64,000 nt of DNA from Balanoglossus misakiensis (lineage: Eukaryota > Animalia > Hemichordata): positions 1,170,699 to 1,234,698 of the forward strand of contig CM082581.2 in the NCBI GenBank assembly GCA_040954595.2. Direction: 5' to 3'. Below, one piece after another: positions 62,881-64,000 of this stretch. The notes below the pieces were generated by a model that did no database searches, was not told the DNA's origin, and saw nothing but the letters and a program-made list of their open reading frames with translations. A program made the translations under genes and the position numbers. Positions within the stretch are counted from its first letter, which is position 1, and each line of letters opens with the position of its first letter.

Positions 62881-63249
62881 ATAAGGACACCTTTAGCATT
62901 GATGAGGTAATATAAGAATACATCTGATAAAGAATATTTTCACATCCCAATAAACCAAAATCCAAAACAACTGGAAGAGCCGTTTCTGACATAAGTGGAC
63001 TTTTGGACCAAAAATGTCTAAAACTACCCACCCCCCTCCTCCCCAGTATTGATATTTGTCACATGTTTATGTACACCATAATAACAAATATTGTAGGTCC
63101 TTGTAAACCAAATTTTAAGAAATCGGAAAAGTGACTACTGAGAATTGACCAGAAATGACAAAAATAAAATGTATTTTTAAAAATATAATTACTAATTTTT
63201 GTCATGCTGTAAAACAACTCACACGATTAATTGCATCTGAATCCACTAC

Positions 63250-63401
63250 CTGTAAAGTGACAACAAATTCTGTTGTGAATGATGCCAGCTGTCAGTTACA
63301 ATCTTCATTGTTGAGATAATTCTTGCCTTCAAAATATTCTGTACTGCTGAGATTCTGTTTATATGACTGTGCTATGAAATTCCCACCACACAAAGAATAC
63401 A
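63250..63401 (-). pseudogene. Exon: CUB N-terminal part with a premature stop
   Basis: YSLCGGNFIAQSYKQNLSSTEYFEGKNYLNNEDCN*QLASFTTEFVVTLQ. 152 nt, phase 1-0. TGA replaces the conserved CxW tryptophan. Confidence 0.88.
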
Positions 63402-63694
63402 CTGAAAGAAAGAAGAAGTCATCTTAACAGAAACACTTCACAAACAGGACATCAGCAAGATCACAGTCGAGGTAGGGCAAATATTGCCTACATGTGCAAT
63501 CTATAATGTTATACCAGGTTCACGTAGGGTAAAATTCGAAACGTTTCAGAGACACTATTTGCCTAAGGTAAACACAGAGCATTAATGCTTTTAGTTGCCT
63601 TGTGTCCACACATGCAAAGTTTATGTGTAGTTCGCGAAAATTTATCGTTTGCGAAAATTTCCAGTTTTACATTATGTATAAAACTTGGTATTAC

Positions 63695-63896
63695 CTGCTT
63701 GCCAAGATGCTTCAAAGCCAGTAGCAGTATGCGAACTATCTGAGAGAAATTTCACCAACATTGCATTACCACTGCTAATAACTTCATCAGGCTGGTCCGG
63801 TCCACTGTATGTGGCAAGAACTTTGGATGGGTCAAACACAGACACCTCGACAATGACAACAGTATCATGATAAAGTTCAGTGTCAAAATGTAGAAA
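63695..63896 (-). CDS. Exon: CUB C-terminal part
   Basis: FLHFDTELYHDTV..LATYSG..SSGNAMLVKFLSDSSHTATGFEASWQA. 202 nt, AG/GT boundaries. Confidence 0.92.
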
Positions 63897-64000
63897 CTGA
63901 AAAGAATAAAAAATGTCACAACACACATCATAAATAGTGAGCTGTCTCAAGCCAATATACATGAAAATAAACACAGTTTCATGACTTAAGCCCCATTAGC

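Larger units (their letters stand above)
54935..63896 (-). pseudogene. Multi-exon CUB-CUB-CUB-Sushi x4-EGF_CA x2 extracellular protein gene (uninflatable-like), disabled copy or null allele; 5' end lies beyond the window
   Basis: Eleven phase-compatible exons with CUB, CCP and cbEGF signatures. In-frame TGA at 63292-63294, acceptor CG instead of AG at 62490-62491, and a frameshifted, truncated sushi exon at 58044-58144. Confidence 0.8.

Noticed and set aside
63292-63294. In-frame TGA as selenocysteine or readthrough
   Set aside because: It aligns with the conserved CUB tryptophan rather than a cysteine, and it co-occurs with other lesions.

Overview
Repeat-dense eukaryotic (metazoan) genomic DNA. 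The spliceosomal introns and repeat types suggest a marine invertebrate, possibly a deuterostome, but that is inference. No prokaryotic operons, rRNA, tRNA or CRISPR were seen. In order: a 78-bp satellite with higher-order structure (1-6440); a nested transposon stack in which a Helentron/HINE-like element holds two LINE fragments, one split by a TTAA MITE (10.9-16.4 kb); an intron-containing hAT transposase relic (16.4-17.7 kb); a ~169-bp tandem array; and a ~6.5-7 kb-offset segmental duplication carrying homologous 73-75 nt mini-exons of an unidentified plus-strand transcript, with two more exon-like units and a 50-bp minisatellite at 42.6-43.5 kb. Then come an 8.8 kb 90/74-bp satellite, whose long ORFs are artefacts, and 11 minus-strand exons of a CUB/Sushi/EGF, uninflatable-like extracellular protein gene (54.9-63.9 kb). 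That gene carries several disabling lesions: a nonsense codon, a mutated splice acceptor, a frameshift and a truncated exon. Many TTAA-, TA- and TTA-targeting MITEs are scattered throughout.
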